Assembly: GCA_018716305.1 (NCBI GenBank)
Contig: DVKB01000016.1
Location: 937 to 64,936 of the forward strand
DNA length: 64,000 nucleotides
Reading direction: 5' to 3'
Origin: Candidatus Scatomonas merdigallinarum
Lineage (GTDB): Bacteria > Bacillota > Clostridia > Lachnospirales > Lachnospiraceae
Position numbers and translations under genes: made by a program. Of the stretch, positions 48,716 through 58,278 are shown in pieces; the first letter of the stretch is position 1; every line of letters begins with the position of its first letter. Below the pieces are notes generated by a model. That model did not search any database and was not told the origin of the DNA. It saw only the letters and a program-made list of their open reading frames with translations.

Positions 48716-49891
48716 TTAATCCTCAACCTTTTCCCACTGTTTACTTTCCGCGGATTTTCTCACCGCCTCGCATACCCGTTCTACCCGATAGCCCACCTCA
48801 AAGCAGGTGCTGGGCTGATATCCCTCGGTGATGGCCTTAATAAACTCATACATCTCGATGGTCTTTAATTCCCCATAACCGATGTTCATGCCGGGAATAT
48901 TCCAGGTAACTTCCCCGTGGAAATGGGCGGGGCCTGTATAGATGGTCTTGAAGCCTCTTCTGTCGTCGGGATCATCGGCAAAGCATACCTGCAGTTCATT
49001 TAATCTTTCATAATTAAACGCGATGCTGCCTTTGGTTCCGTGAAGTTCCACTGTAATAAAGTTATTTCTTCCCCAGGCGTTTCTTGTGGCCTCGATGCTT
49101 CCCACCGCGCCGTTTTTAAATTTCACAAGGAAGGAATCCTCGTCATCCACATCCACGGCCTTTCTGGGCGCGTCCGCTCCCAGTTTCACGGTTCCCAGAA
49201 GATCCACGCCGCCTTCCTGCACCGGTCTTTCTTTGATGTAGGTCTTCATCAGGGAAACAACTTCATCGATATCTCCCGCCAGGTACTGGGCAATATCAAT
49301 TACATGAGACGCGATGTCTCCCAGGGCGCCGGCGCCGGCAATATCCTTCTGGAATCTCCAGGAAAGAGGAGAGTCCGGATCCGCGGACCAGCTCTGCAGA
49401 TAGGTACAGCGGATGTTCAGGATCTGCCCGATAGCGCCCTCGTCGATAAATTTTTTGGCCAGATCCAGGGCCGGAACCCTGCGGTACTGGTACGCGTTCA
49501 TGCTGATTACCCCTTTGGCCGCCGCTTCTTTGGCTGCCTCCGCCATCGCCTTGGCGTCTTCCAGGGTGGAGGCGATGGGTTTTTCACAGAGAACGTGTTT
49601 TCCCGCCTTCAGCGCCGCGATGGCAATGGGCGCATGGGCGTTGTTGGGAGTACATACGCTTACCACATCGATCTCCGGATCATTCACGATATCCTGCCAG
49701 TCCGTACAGTATTTTTCAAAGCCAAACCGGTCTTTGGCGTCTCTGGCAATATCCGGATCGATATCACAGATGGTTTTCAGCACAGGCACCGCCGGCGCCG
49801 GCCAGAAGAATTTCGGCATATTCGAGTATGCCACCACATGGGCTTTGCCCATAAACCCTGCTCCTACCAAGCCTACATTTAAAGTTTTCAT
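48716..49891 (-). CDS. Gfo/Idh/MocA oxidoreductase, levoglucosan-dehydrogenase-like (divergent paralog)
   Basis: VGLVGAGFMGKAH, MPKFFWPAP, CEKP, YLQSWSADPDSPLSWRFQK, GALGDIASH, EATRNAWGRNN. Confidence 0.85.
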   Translation of the reverse strand: MKTLNVGLVGAGFMGKAHVVAYSNMPKFFWPAPAVPVLKTICDIDPDIARDAKDRFGFEKYCTDWQDIVNDPEIDVVSVCTPNNAHAPIAIAALKAGKHVLCEKPIASTLEDAKAMAEAAKEAAAKGVISMNAYQYRRVPALDLAKKFIDEGAIGQILNIRCTYLQSWSADPDSPLSWRFQKDIAGAGALGDIASHVIDIAQYLAGDIDEVVSLMKTYIKERPVQEGGVDLLGTVKLGADAPRKAVDVDDEDSFLVKFKNGAVGSIEATRNAWGRNNFITVELHGTKGSIAFNYERLNELQVCFADDPDDRRGFKTIYTGPAHFHGEVTWNIPGMNIGYGELKTIEMYEFIKAITEGYQPSTCFEVGYRVERVCEAVRKSAESKQWEKVED

Positions 49892-49932
49892 GATTTTGTC
49901 CTCCTTAAACAAATAATAGTTTTCGCTGCCGA

Positions 49933-50895
49933 TCAGTTTTTCTTTTTCCTCTGACTCAGATTGCTGATGGCTACTGCCAGGATAATGATCCCGCCTTTAA
50001 TCATGGTCTGCTGCGCAGAGCTCAGATTTGCCAGGATTACGGCATTGTTCATCATTCCCATGAGAACCGAGCCAAACAAAGCGCCGATCACCGAACCGGT
50101 TCCGCCTGACATAGCGGTTCCGCCCAGTACCACCGCGGCGATCACGGACATTTCATCTCCATCGCCGTAGGAATACCGGCCGGCCTGCATACGGGCCGCG
50201 TACATAATGCCGGCAAAAGCCGCGAAGGCTCCGGACATGGTGAAGGCAATGATCTTTACCTTCTGGGTGTTAATACCGCTGTAGATGGCGGAGTTCTCAT
50301 TTCCTCCTGTGGCAAGCACATGTCTTCCAAAAGCAGCTTTATTGAAAATGAGGATTCCGGCGATATAGAACAGCACCGTCCAGATTACCAGCACCGGGAT
50401 TCCGGCGACATCTCCGATTCCGAAAATATTGCAGAAAAGTTTATTCTCAATGGGAACGGCGGCGGTGTCCGTGATCCACATGGCGGCTCCACGAACCAGT
50501 TCCATGGTTCCCAGTGTGGCCAGGAACGCCGGAAGCTTCAGTTTTGTAACCAGCAGTCCATTGACCAGGCCGACCAAAGCGCCGAATCCCAGGCCTACAA
50601 TCAGGGCCAGGAAAATGTTATTGGTCGCCTGCAGGACCAGGGAGACCAGCATGGCGGTCATGGCGGTGATAGAGCCTACCGTCAGATCGATCTGTCCCGC
50701 TGCCATAACAAACACGCCTGCCACAGACATAACAGAAATCATGGCTGTCTGTCTGAGAATATTGATCAGGTTCCTCGGCTGCAGAAAGCCTTTATTCCCC
50801 AGGATCAGCGCGAACAGGACAAATACCACGGCAAAGATGATATAGACCATATATTTGTCCCACTGTATATTTCTTTTACTTTTGCTGGATTGCAT
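49933..50895 (-). CDS. Monosaccharide ABC permease (RbsC-like)
   Basis: GQIDLTVG, PAFLATLG, EMSVIAAVVLGGT. Confidence 0.92.
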   Translation of the reverse strand: MQSSKSKRNIQWDKYMVYIIFAVVFVLFALILGNKGFLQPRNLINILRQTAMISVMSVAGVFVMAAGQIDLTVGSITAMTAMLVSLVLQATNNIFLALIVGLGFGALVGLVNGLLVTKLKLPAFLATLGTMELVRGAAMWITDTAAVPIENKLFCNIFGIGDVAGIPVLVIWTVLFYIAGILIFNKAAFGRHVLATGGNENSAIYSGINTQKVKIIAFTMSGAFAAFAGIMYAARMQAGRYSYGDGDEMSVIAAVVLGGTAMSGGTGSVIGALFGSVLMGMMNNAVILANLSSAQQTMIKGGIIILAVAISNLSQRKKKN

Positions 50896-52372
50896 ACTGC
50901 AGTACCTCCTCTGTTTCTATGTCTTTTCTGTCGATCTCTCCAGTGATATGTCCGTCAAAGATCGTAATGATCCTGTCGCACACAGCCATCAGTTCCGCCA
51001 GTTCTGAAGAAACAAACAAGACACCCTTCCCCTGATCCGCGTAATCCCGGATCAGAGAAATAATCTCCGCTTTCGCGCCGACATCCACTCCCGCGGTGGG
51101 TTCATCCAGCATCATTACCTCCGGATCCATATTCATCCATTTGGCGATTACGACTTTCTGCTGATTCCCTCCGGAAAGAAGGTTGATTCTTTTATGGATA
51201 TCATCTGTCACAATATTCAGCTTCCGGACATTGTCCTCCACGATCTGGTCGGCCTTTTTTTCATCGATAAAAAAGCCGTGCTTTCTTAACTGTTGTATCT
51301 TGGGAAGAACCGCGTTTTCCTTCACCGAATGGATCAGCACAAGTCCCTGCTTCCTTCGGTCTTCAGGGATCAGGGCAAATCCGCTGCGGATCGCCTCGCC
51401 CGGATTCTTCGCCCTCACAATCTCCCCCTTCAGACGGACGGTCCCGCCTTCCTGGTGCCGGAGTCCGAACAAGGTTTCCAGAATTTCCGTCCTCCCGCTT
51501 CCCATAAGCCCGGCAAAGCCAAGGATCTCTCCTTTTTTCAGGCGGAAAGAAATATCCTTGATCCGGTCGTTGATTTTCAGATGATCCACTTCCAGAAGAT
51601 CCGGGCCGTCTTTGTCGTATGTCCTGGGAACCCAGTCAAACTTTTTCCCGGTGCTTTCACCCATCATATGGGTGATGATCTCTTCCAGCGTAATATCGGC
51701 GATCCGGCCTGTGTGCACGATTTTCCCGTCCCGCAGAATGGAGATCCGGTCCGCGATCTCCATGATTTCATTCATCCGGTGGGATATGTAGATCATGGAA
51801 ACCCCTTTTTTCTGGAGATCCCGCATCATTTTAAACAGGTATTTCGTCTCGGCGTCTGACAGAGAGGCCGTAGGCTCATCCAGCACCAGGATCTTCGCCT
51901 CTTTTTCCATCGCTTTGGCGATCTCCACCATCTGGCTCATTCCCACGCTCAGATCCCCCACTACATCTTTGGGACTCACATCAATGCCCAGTTCGTCCAG
52001 AACCTGCTGGGCTCTCTCCGTCATATACCCTGTTTTCCGAAGTCCTTTTTCCACAACCTCAGAACCCAGAAAAATGTTTTCTTCCACCGTCATGCTCTGA
52101 ACAAGAGATAACTCCTGAAAGATCATTCCGATACCGTTTTTCTTCGCGTCATGGGTATCGTGGATCACCGTTTCCGTTCCGTTGACCAGAATCGTGCCGG
52201 CATCTTTGGTGTACACGCCTGTCATGATCTTCATCAGAGTGGATTTTCCGGCTCCATTGCCGCCCACCAGGGCGTGGATCTCTCCCTTTTCCAGAGAGAA
52301 ATCCACTCCCTTCAGCACCGGTACGCCAAAAGATTTTTCAATCCCTTTCATTTCCAGTACGTATGGATTCAT
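50876..52372 (-). CDS. Monosaccharide ABC ATPase (RbsA-like)
   Basis: GGNGAGKST, LDEPT twice, LSGGNQQK; ATG 52372 after ggagg. Confidence 0.95.
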   Translation of the reverse strand: MNPYVLEMKGIEKSFGVPVLKGVDFSLEKGEIHALVGGNGAGKSTLMKIMTGVYTKDAGTILVNGTETVIHDTHDAKKNGIGMIFQELSLVQSMTVEENIFLGSEVVEKGLRKTGYMTERAQQVLDELGIDVSPKDVVGDLSVGMSQMVEIAKAMEKEAKILVLDEPTASLSDAETKYLFKMMRDLQKKGVSMIYISHRMNEIMEIADRISILRDGKIVHTGRIADITLEEIITHMMGESTGKKFDWVPRTYDKDGPDLLEVDHLKINDRIKDISFRLKKGEILGFAGLMGSGRTEILETLFGLRHQEGGTVRLKGEIVRAKNPGEAIRSGFALIPEDRRKQGLVLIHSVKENAVLPKIQQLRKHGFFIDEKKADQIVEDNVRKLNIVTDDIHKRINLLSGGNQQKVVIAKWMNMDPEVMMLDEPTAGVDVGAKAEIISLIRDYADQGKGVLFVSSELAELMAVCDRIITIFDGHITGEIDRKDIETEEVLQYAIQQK

Positions 52373-52382
52373 TTTATCCTCC

Positions 52383-53576
52383 TTACTCAGCAACTGCCTC
52401 CTTCAGCCAGTCCGGAGCCTCGACATGGTATACGTCCTCGTATGCTTCCAGAACATTGGAACGCTCTACTCTCTTGGCGTCAACGACCACATAGGGCGGA
52501 GCTTCCTTGCCCAGCAGAGAATACGCGGCCAGGGTGGCTTCGGCTACGCCCTGGTCATAGGGCAGCTGCGCTCCCAGTCCCACGACATTTCCCTCGGCAA
52601 TTTCTTTTGCCATATTGTTTCCAAGGTCGATGGTGGTCAGCTTCACGTCATCTCCGGTAAGTCCCGCGGCTCTCACAGAAGACAGAACTCCTTCCATAGG
52701 AATATCCCAGCTGGCGTAAATGCCGTCGATCATGGGATACTGGGTCAGGATCGCATCTCCCTGCTCGGAACATCCGTTCTCATCGGTAAAGCCCTGCTCG
52801 GAAACGATCTCGATGCCGGGATATTTCTCAGCGATGGTATCCTTGAATCCCTGATCCCTCTGGTTGGTTACGAAGTACACGGTGTCATAGTAAACCATGG
52901 CGATCTGGCCTTCGCCTCCAAGGGCCTCGCCCATTAAGTCCGCGGCGATGCAGCCGTTTCCGTAATTATCCGCGGAAACACAGCTTACATAGTCTTCACC
53001 GGCTGTCATGCCTTCCGGCACATTGTCCATGAAGACAAGCTTGATTCCTGCCTCCGTTACGCTCTGGAAAGCATCCGCAGTGGCCGTGGCGTCCGTGGGA
53101 ATGCTGACGATGATATCCGGGTTTTTCGCCATAATGGTCTCGATATCGGATACCTGCTGCTCCGCGGAAAAATCCGCGTCGGTAACAGCCACAACCTCGA
53201 TCCCCAGATCCTCAAAGGTAGCCTGAAGCCCCTCCAGCTGTGAGGAGGCCCAGTCGTTTCCGCCATAGTGAAGGGAAATGGCAGCTGTATATCCGCCGTC
53301 CCGGATCTGCTGTTTTTCTTCTTCGGTCAGCTGGATCTCGGAAGCGGGGGTGGCAGCTTCCCCGTTGGGTCCGGTGGCTCCGCCCTTATTTTCCGTCTCT
53401 GTTCCTGTTTCTGTCTCCGGAGCTTCCCCCTGGGAGCTTCCGCTCTCAACAGACCCGCTCTCAGCGCCCACGGAACTTCCGCCGGGTTCAGTCTCCCCGC
53501 TCTGACCTCCGCAGCCGGCTGTCAAAGACAGCGCCATACCCAAAGCCAACATCACACTGACTGTTTTTCTCTTCAT
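52383..53576 (-). CDS. Sugar-binding lipoprotein of the anhydro-sugar cluster
   Basis: Lipobox LTAGC, Ser/Glu/Gly-rich tether, periplasmic-binding fold (TDADF, VSADNYGNG, LGAQLPYDQG). Confidence 0.92.
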   Translation of the reverse strand: MKRKTVSVMLALGMALSLTAGCGGQSGETEPGGSSVGAESGSVESGSSQGEAPETETGTETENKGGATGPNGEAATPASEIQLTEEEKQQIRDGGYTAAISLHYGGNDWASSQLEGLQATFEDLGIEVVAVTDADFSAEQQVSDIETIMAKNPDIIVSIPTDATATADAFQSVTEAGIKLVFMDNVPEGMTAGEDYVSCVSADNYGNGCIAADLMGEALGGEGQIAMVYYDTVYFVTNQRDQGFKDTIAEKYPGIEIVSEQGFTDENGCSEQGDAILTQYPMIDGIYASWDIPMEGVLSSVRAAGLTGDDVKLTTIDLGNNMAKEIAEGNVVGLGAQLPYDQGVAEATLAAYSLLGKEAPPYVVVDAKRVERSNVLEAYEDVYHVEAPDWLKEAVAE

Positions 53577-53610
53577 ATTCTTTTCCCCTTTCTACTCTAT
53601 GTACCTGGTC

Positions 53611-54429
53611 TTACAGGAGTTTTCCTTTCAAAAAATCATAGGAGGTCTGGCAGGCAAACACCGGATCTCCCGCGTAGCCGTCCACTTCTACCAAATAGTC
53701 TCCCGCATAGCCCTTTTCCTTCAGGAAATCCAATACTCCGTCAATATCCAGACGGCCGGTTCCCAGGGGCGCAAAGCCGTTATCATCCAGATCCTTCAGG
53801 TGAACAAAGGAGATGCGGTCATAATATTTTTTAACAATCGTGAGAGGATCCCCGCCGCCGGCTGCCAGGTGTGCCAGGTCCGGACAGATCTTAATGGATG
53901 TCTCCGCGAACAGCCGGTCCACCTGTTCCGGCGCTTCCGCCATAGAACCCAGATGGGGGTGATAACTGGCCTCAATCCCATATTCCGCGAATACTTTCGC
54001 CGCCATATCCAGGCCTTTGCCCAGCAGGCAGTAGTCCTGATCCTGAATGCCTTTGCCCCGGATCGCTCCGCCGCAGAGCGCGGCGTAGGTAACGCCTACC
54101 GCCTGACCTGCTTTCGCCACCTGCTCCATATGGAACATTTCATCTTCCAGGGCGTCCTGATAAATAAAGTTCGCGCCCACACAGACGCTCATCATCTCAG
54201 CGGAATATTTCTGAAGCATGTCTTTGAGCACGGAAAGGTCGCTGCTGTACTTTGTAAGGTTTCCTTCCAGTACTTCAATGCTTTTGAATCCCACCCCGGT
54301 GATCTTCTTAAGGATTTCTTCATCGTCACCCATGGTAAGATAACGGATATCTTTCACACTGGTGACACCTGCTCCTTCCCCTACAAGAGGGCCGAACCCA
54401 TTGGTCATATAACCAACTCTCATTTTCAT
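53611..54429 (-). CDS. Sugar phosphate isomerase/epimerase TIM barrel (IolE/AP-endonuclease-2 fold; candidate 3-keto-sugar eliminase or hydratase)
   Basis: ASYHPHLG, ICPDLAHL, SFVHLKD, LVEVD metal motifs; ATG 54429 after aggagg. Confidence 0.8.
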   Translation of the reverse strand: MKMRVGYMTNGFGPLVGEGAGVTSVKDIRYLTMGDDEEILKKITGVGFKSIEVLEGNLTKYSSDLSVLKDMLQKYSAEMMSVCVGANFIYQDALEDEMFHMEQVAKAGQAVGVTYAALCGGAIRGKGIQDQDYCLLGKGLDMAAKVFAEYGIEASYHPHLGSMAEAPEQVDRLFAETSIKICPDLAHLAAGGGDPLTIVKKYYDRISFVHLKDLDDNGFAPLGTGRLDIDGVLDFLKEKGYAGDYLVEVDGYAGDPVFACQTSYDFLKGKLL

Positions 54430-54447
54430 GTACCTCCTTTTCTCATA

Positions 54448-54465
54448 AAAATTTGCGCAAATTTT
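54448..54465. promoter_or_regulatory. LacI-type operator 1 (perfect 18-bp palindrome)
   Basis: AAAATTTGCGCAAATTTT, downstream of the leftward promoter TTGACG (54504-54499), 17 nt, TATAGT (54481-54476). Confidence 0.85.
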
Positions 54466-54617
54466 ATTTACGCCCACTATACACCTCTTGTGCTTTTTCG
54501 TCAATCCTTTCTTTCCCATCCCTTGATTTTTGTAAATTTTTCACATTTTTCGCATGCTGATTTTATGCTGTTTGCTTATTGATTTTCTCTCCCGCTTTCG
54601 TCATAATTATTTTTAAG

Positions 54618-54635
54618 AAAATTTGCGCAAATATT
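54618..54635. promoter_or_regulatory. LacI-type operator 2
   Basis: AAAATTTGCGCAAATATT (one mismatch to operator 1), downstream of the rightward promoter TTGATT (54579-54584), 17 nt, CATAAT (54602-54607). Confidence 0.85.
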
Positions 54636-54668
54636 GTTTGTACAAAACCATCCGAAAGGAGTATCCCT

Positions 54669-55583
54669 ATGAAATTAGGTTTTATCAGTTCTATTCTGGA
54701 CACTTCTTCCTTCGAAGAAGTCATCGATACCGCGGCGGCCCTTGGCTACGAATGCGTTGAAGTAGCCTGCTGGCCCAAAGAAAAAGCAGCCCGCCGGTAC
54801 GCCGGCATCACCCACATTGATATAGAAGCCCTTACCGATGAAAAAATCGCTTCTATTCATGAAACCTGTCTCAAAAAAAATGTGGCCATTTCCGCTCTGG
54901 CCTACTATCCCAACACGCTGACCGATGATCTTCCCCAGCGCCAGAAAGCGGTAGATCACCTGAAAGCCATGATCGAGGCAGCGCCCAAGCTGCACGTCGA
55001 CACGGTTACTACCTTTATCGGCCGGGTGCAGAACCTTACCGTAGAAGAAAATCTGGAGATTTTCAAAGAGGTGTGGACTCCCATTATCCGCTTTGCCGAA
55101 GAACACAAGGTAAAAATCGCCATCGAAAACTGTCCCATGCTCTTCGGGCCGGACCAGTGGCCCGGAGGCCAGAACCTGATGACGACTCCCGCCATCTGGC
55201 GCAGGGCATTCCAGATGATCCCCAGCGATTTCTTCGGCCTGAATTACGATCCCTCTCATTTTGTATGGCAGCAGATCGATTACATCAAACCTTTGTATGA
55301 ATTCAAGGACAAAATTTTCCACGTACACTACAAGGACATCAAGGTGTACCCCGACAAGCTGGACGACGTGGGCATCATGGCTTATCCTCTGGATTTTATG
55401 TCCCCGAAGCTTCCGGGACTGGGGGATGTGGACTGGGGAAAATACGTGTCCGCGCTGACAGACATCGGATATGACGGGTACACCTGTATAGAGATCGAGG
55501 ATAAAGCATTTGAGGGCTCCCCGGAAAGGATCCTGGACGCCCTGCGCATTTCCTACCGCTACATGAGGCAATTTGTTATCTGA
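54669..55583 (+). CDS. Sugar phosphate isomerase/epimerase TIM barrel (candidate 3-keto-sugar eliminase or hydratase)
   Basis: IAIENCPM, GLNYDPSHFVW, FHVHYKD, PGLGDVDW, CIEIED; ATG 54669 after aaggag. Confidence 0.85.
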   Translation: MKLGFISSILDTSSFEEVIDTAAALGYECVEVACWPKEKAARRYAGITHIDIEALTDEKIASIHETCLKKNVAISALAYYPNTLTDDLPQRQKAVDHLKAMIEAAPKLHVDTVTTFIGRVQNLTVEENLEIFKEVWTPIIRFAEEHKVKIAIENCPMLFGPDQWPGGQNLMTTPAIWRRAFQMIPSDFFGLNYDPSHFVWQQIDYIKPLYEFKDKIFHVHYKDIKVYPDKLDDVGIMAYPLDFMSPKLPGLGDVDWGKYVSALTDIGYDGYTCIEIEDKAFEGSPERILDALRISYRYMRQFVI

Positions 55584-55606
55584 CCTAACAGAAAAGGAGT
55601 TTACTT

Positions 55607-56791
55607 ATGGAAATAAAGAAAATGAACATCGGACTGATCGGGGCCGGTTTTATGGCCAAAGCGCATTCTATCGCTTACGCGGGAATGCCCATGTTTTTCT
55701 GGCCGGCGCCGGCCATTCCGGTCAAAAAAATGATCGTAGATATGAATGAGGCTATCGCCAGAGACGCGAAGGAAAAACTGGCCTTTGAGTCCTATTCTAC
55801 GGACTGGCACGACGTCATCAGCGATCCCTCCATTGATATTGTGGATATCTGCACCCCCAACAACGCTCACGCGGAGATCGCCATTGCCGCGGCAAAAGCC
55901 GGAAAGCATATCATCTGCGAAAAACCTCTGGCCCTTACTTCCGAGGAAGCAAAGCAGATGTACCTGACCGCCAAGGAAAATCACGTAAAGACCATGGTGG
56001 CTTTTAATTACCGCAGAACACCGGCGGTTCAGCTGGCAAAAAAATATATTGACGAAGGAGCCATCGGCGAGATCCTGGATTTCCGGGGCACGTATCTGCA
56101 GGACTGGTCCGCGGATCCCGATTCTCCTCTGTCCTGGCGGTTCCAGAAAGCCATCTGCGGAAGCGGCGCCCTGGGCGACATAGGCACCCATGTAGTAGAT
56201 ATGCTCCGTTTCCTGGTGGGCGACTTTAAACGGGTCAACGCCAGAGCCGCCACCTACATCAAAGAGCGTCCCTGCCAGACTGGTCTTTCCGATTCTCTGG
56301 GAAATGCCCGGGTACAGGAGGGAACTCCCAAAAAGGCCGTAGACGTAGACGACCAGTGCATTTTTATGGTGGAATGCGCCAACGGAGCCTTCGGCAGCAT
56401 CGAGGCCACCCGGAACGCCTGGGGCCGCAACAACTACATCACCTTTGAGATCCACGGAACCAAAGGTTCTCTCTACTTCAATTATGAGCGCCGGGACGAG
56501 CTCCAGGTCTGCTTTGCTGACGACGCTTCTGACCGCCGGGGCTTCCGCACCATTTATACCGGCCCCAACCATCCTTACGGCGAAGGCCTGTGGCCCATCC
56601 CTGCTCTGGGAATCGGATACACCGAGACGAAGATCATCGAATGCTACGATTTCTTCCGGGCCCTCCAGGGCGACGGCGAAGCCTCTCCCAACTTCCGGGA
56701 CGGTTATGCCATTGAGCTGATCTCCGACGCGATCCTGGAATCCGCCAAGACCCAGACCTGGGTGGATGTAAAATCCCCCGTTGAGAAATAA
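55607..56791 (+). CDS. Levoglucosan dehydrogenase-like oxidoreductase (Gfo/Idh/MocA)
   Basis: AHSIAYAGMPMFFWPAP, AFNYRRTPAV.LAKKYI.EGAIG, YLQDWSADP.SPLSWRFQK, NYITFEIHGT, HPYGEGLWPIPALGIGY; these strings match my recollection of characterised LGDH (LgdA). Confidence 0.85.
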   Translation: MEIKKMNIGLIGAGFMAKAHSIAYAGMPMFFWPAPAIPVKKMIVDMNEAIARDAKEKLAFESYSTDWHDVISDPSIDIVDICTPNNAHAEIAIAAAKAGKHIICEKPLALTSEEAKQMYLTAKENHVKTMVAFNYRRTPAVQLAKKYIDEGAIGEILDFRGTYLQDWSADPDSPLSWRFQKAICGSGALGDIGTHVVDMLRFLVGDFKRVNARAATYIKERPCQTGLSDSLGNARVQEGTPKKAVDVDDQCIFMVECANGAFGSIEATRNAWGRNNYITFEIHGTKGSLYFNYERRDELQVCFADDASDRRGFRTIYTGPNHPYGEGLWPIPALGIGYTETKIIECYDFFRALQGDGEASPNFRDGYAIELISDAILESAKTQTWVDVKSPVEK

Positions 56792-56821
56792 ACAAAAGAA
56801 ACGTGTGCCGCCAGGCGCACA

Positions 56822-56881
56822 AAGAAGCCGCAGACCCGACGCTGCTCACAGCGTCCACCGGGTTTGCGGCTTCTTCTTTTT
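56822..56881. terminator. Terminator between the convergent LGDH-like and NSS transporter genes
   Basis: aagaagccgcagacccg / cgggtttgcggcttctt stem with inner acgctg/cagcgt hairpin and a T run. Confidence 0.85.
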
Positions 56882-56917
56882 GGCTTATACAAAAATGCTC
56901 TGTTTTTCAACCGGCGG

Positions 56918-58255
56918 TCAGCCGATCCCTCCGAAGAAAATTCCCAGAATATACACTCCCAGAGCCACCCCACAGAAAACATACCGGGTCATGGGCTCGA
57001 ACCAGCGGCCCAGGGGACGTTTCCGGCCCTGCTGCACCGCGTCTCTGGCAAATTTCTTTCCGCAGATCCAGAACATGGCGATCCCGGCCAGCAAAGCCCC
57101 TAGGGGGATTACATAAATGGAGATACTGTCCATCCAGGGGCTTAAGATATCCCCCTCCACAAACAGTCCCACTCCGGCAGCCGCAGCCCCCACCAGGGCC
57201 AGGGCCGCTTTTCTGGACCAGCCAAACCGGGACTGCAGTGCCTCCGCCGGACTTTCCAGCAGATTGATCAGAGAAGTCATGCCGGCGAACAGCACCGCTA
57301 TAAAAAACAGCACAGCAAACAGCTGCCCGAAGGGAAGGCTGCGGATCACGGAAGGAATGGTGATGAATAAAAGTCCGGGGCCGGAATTGGGCTCCATGCC
57401 GTAGGCAAACACTGCCGGGATAATCACCAGTCCCGCCAGCAGGGCCGCCAGTGTGTCAAAAATAGCCACATATTTGGCGCTGCTGACTACATCCACGTCC
57501 GACTTCAGGTAGCTTCCGTACACTACGGTTCCGCTGCCCGCCACAGACAGGGAGAAAAACGCCTGTCCCATGGCGTAGACCCAGGTCTGGGGATTTGCCA
57601 TGGCGGACCAGTCGGGTTTAAACAGATAGGCATACCCCGGACCGGAACCCGGAAGCATGGCGATCCGCACTGCCAGAAACAGAAACAGTATATAGAAGGC
57701 CGGCATCATGATCTTGTTGACCTTTTCAATCCCCCGGGCAATACCGAAGGACATAATCACCAACGCCAGGATCAGCCCCACCATATGCCAGGGAATGCTC
57801 CCGAAATTTCCGGAAAGCTCCGCGAATACCCGCGCGGGATCCTCCCGGCTGACGATGCTTCCCGAAATAGAATCCCACAGAAACTTCAAAATCCAGCCGA
57901 TAATGACGCTGTAGCCGATGGCAATACCCAGGGAGCCGATTACCGGAATCAGCCCTACAGCGGTTCCTATCCTGGAATTTTTCTTGTTCAGTTTTCGGTC
58001 AAAGGCCTTCTGAAAAGCCCCCAGAGGCCCGGTGTGCATGGCCCGTCCGAATCCCATCTCGCCGATGACCCCGGTGAATCCGATGAGGGCTACAAAGATC
58101 AGGTAGGGAATCAGAAAGGCGGCCCCTCCGAATTCCCCGATCCGGTAGGGGAACATCCAGATATTGGCCATGCCCACAGAACTCCCGATACAGGAAATCA
58201 CAAAGCCGAATTTATTATTAAATTTATCCTCAGATACCGATTTCACTTTACTCAT
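56918..58255 (-). CDS. Sodium-dependent transporter (NSS/SNF family)
   Basis: GSSVGMANIWMFPY, GGAAFLIPY, GQAFFSLS, GPGLLFITIP. Confidence 0.93.
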   Translation of the reverse strand: MSKVKSVSEDKFNNKFGFVISCIGSSVGMANIWMFPYRIGEFGGAAFLIPYLIFVALIGFTGVIGEMGFGRAMHTGPLGAFQKAFDRKLNKKNSRIGTAVGLIPVIGSLGIAIGYSVIIGWILKFLWDSISGSIVSREDPARVFAELSGNFGSIPWHMVGLILALVIMSFGIARGIEKVNKIMMPAFYILFLFLAVRIAMLPGSGPGYAYLFKPDWSAMANPQTWVYAMGQAFFSLSVAGSGTVVYGSYLKSDVDVVSSAKYVAIFDTLAALLAGLVIIPAVFAYGMEPNSGPGLLFITIPSVIRSLPFGQLFAVLFFIAVLFAGMTSLINLLESPAEALQSRFGWSRKAALALVGAAAAGVGLFVEGDILSPWMDSISIYVIPLGALLAGIAMFWICGKKFARDAVQQGRKRPLGRWFEPMTRYVFCGVALGVYILGIFFGGIG

Positions 58256-58278
58256 TTTGCCGCAGCCTTCCAGTTTTC

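Noticed and set aside
53611-56791. myo-inositol (iol) catabolism as the cluster function
   Set aside because: No iolB, iolC, iolD or iolJ in the cluster, and the dehydrogenases resemble LGDH rather than IolG; kept only as an alternative to test.
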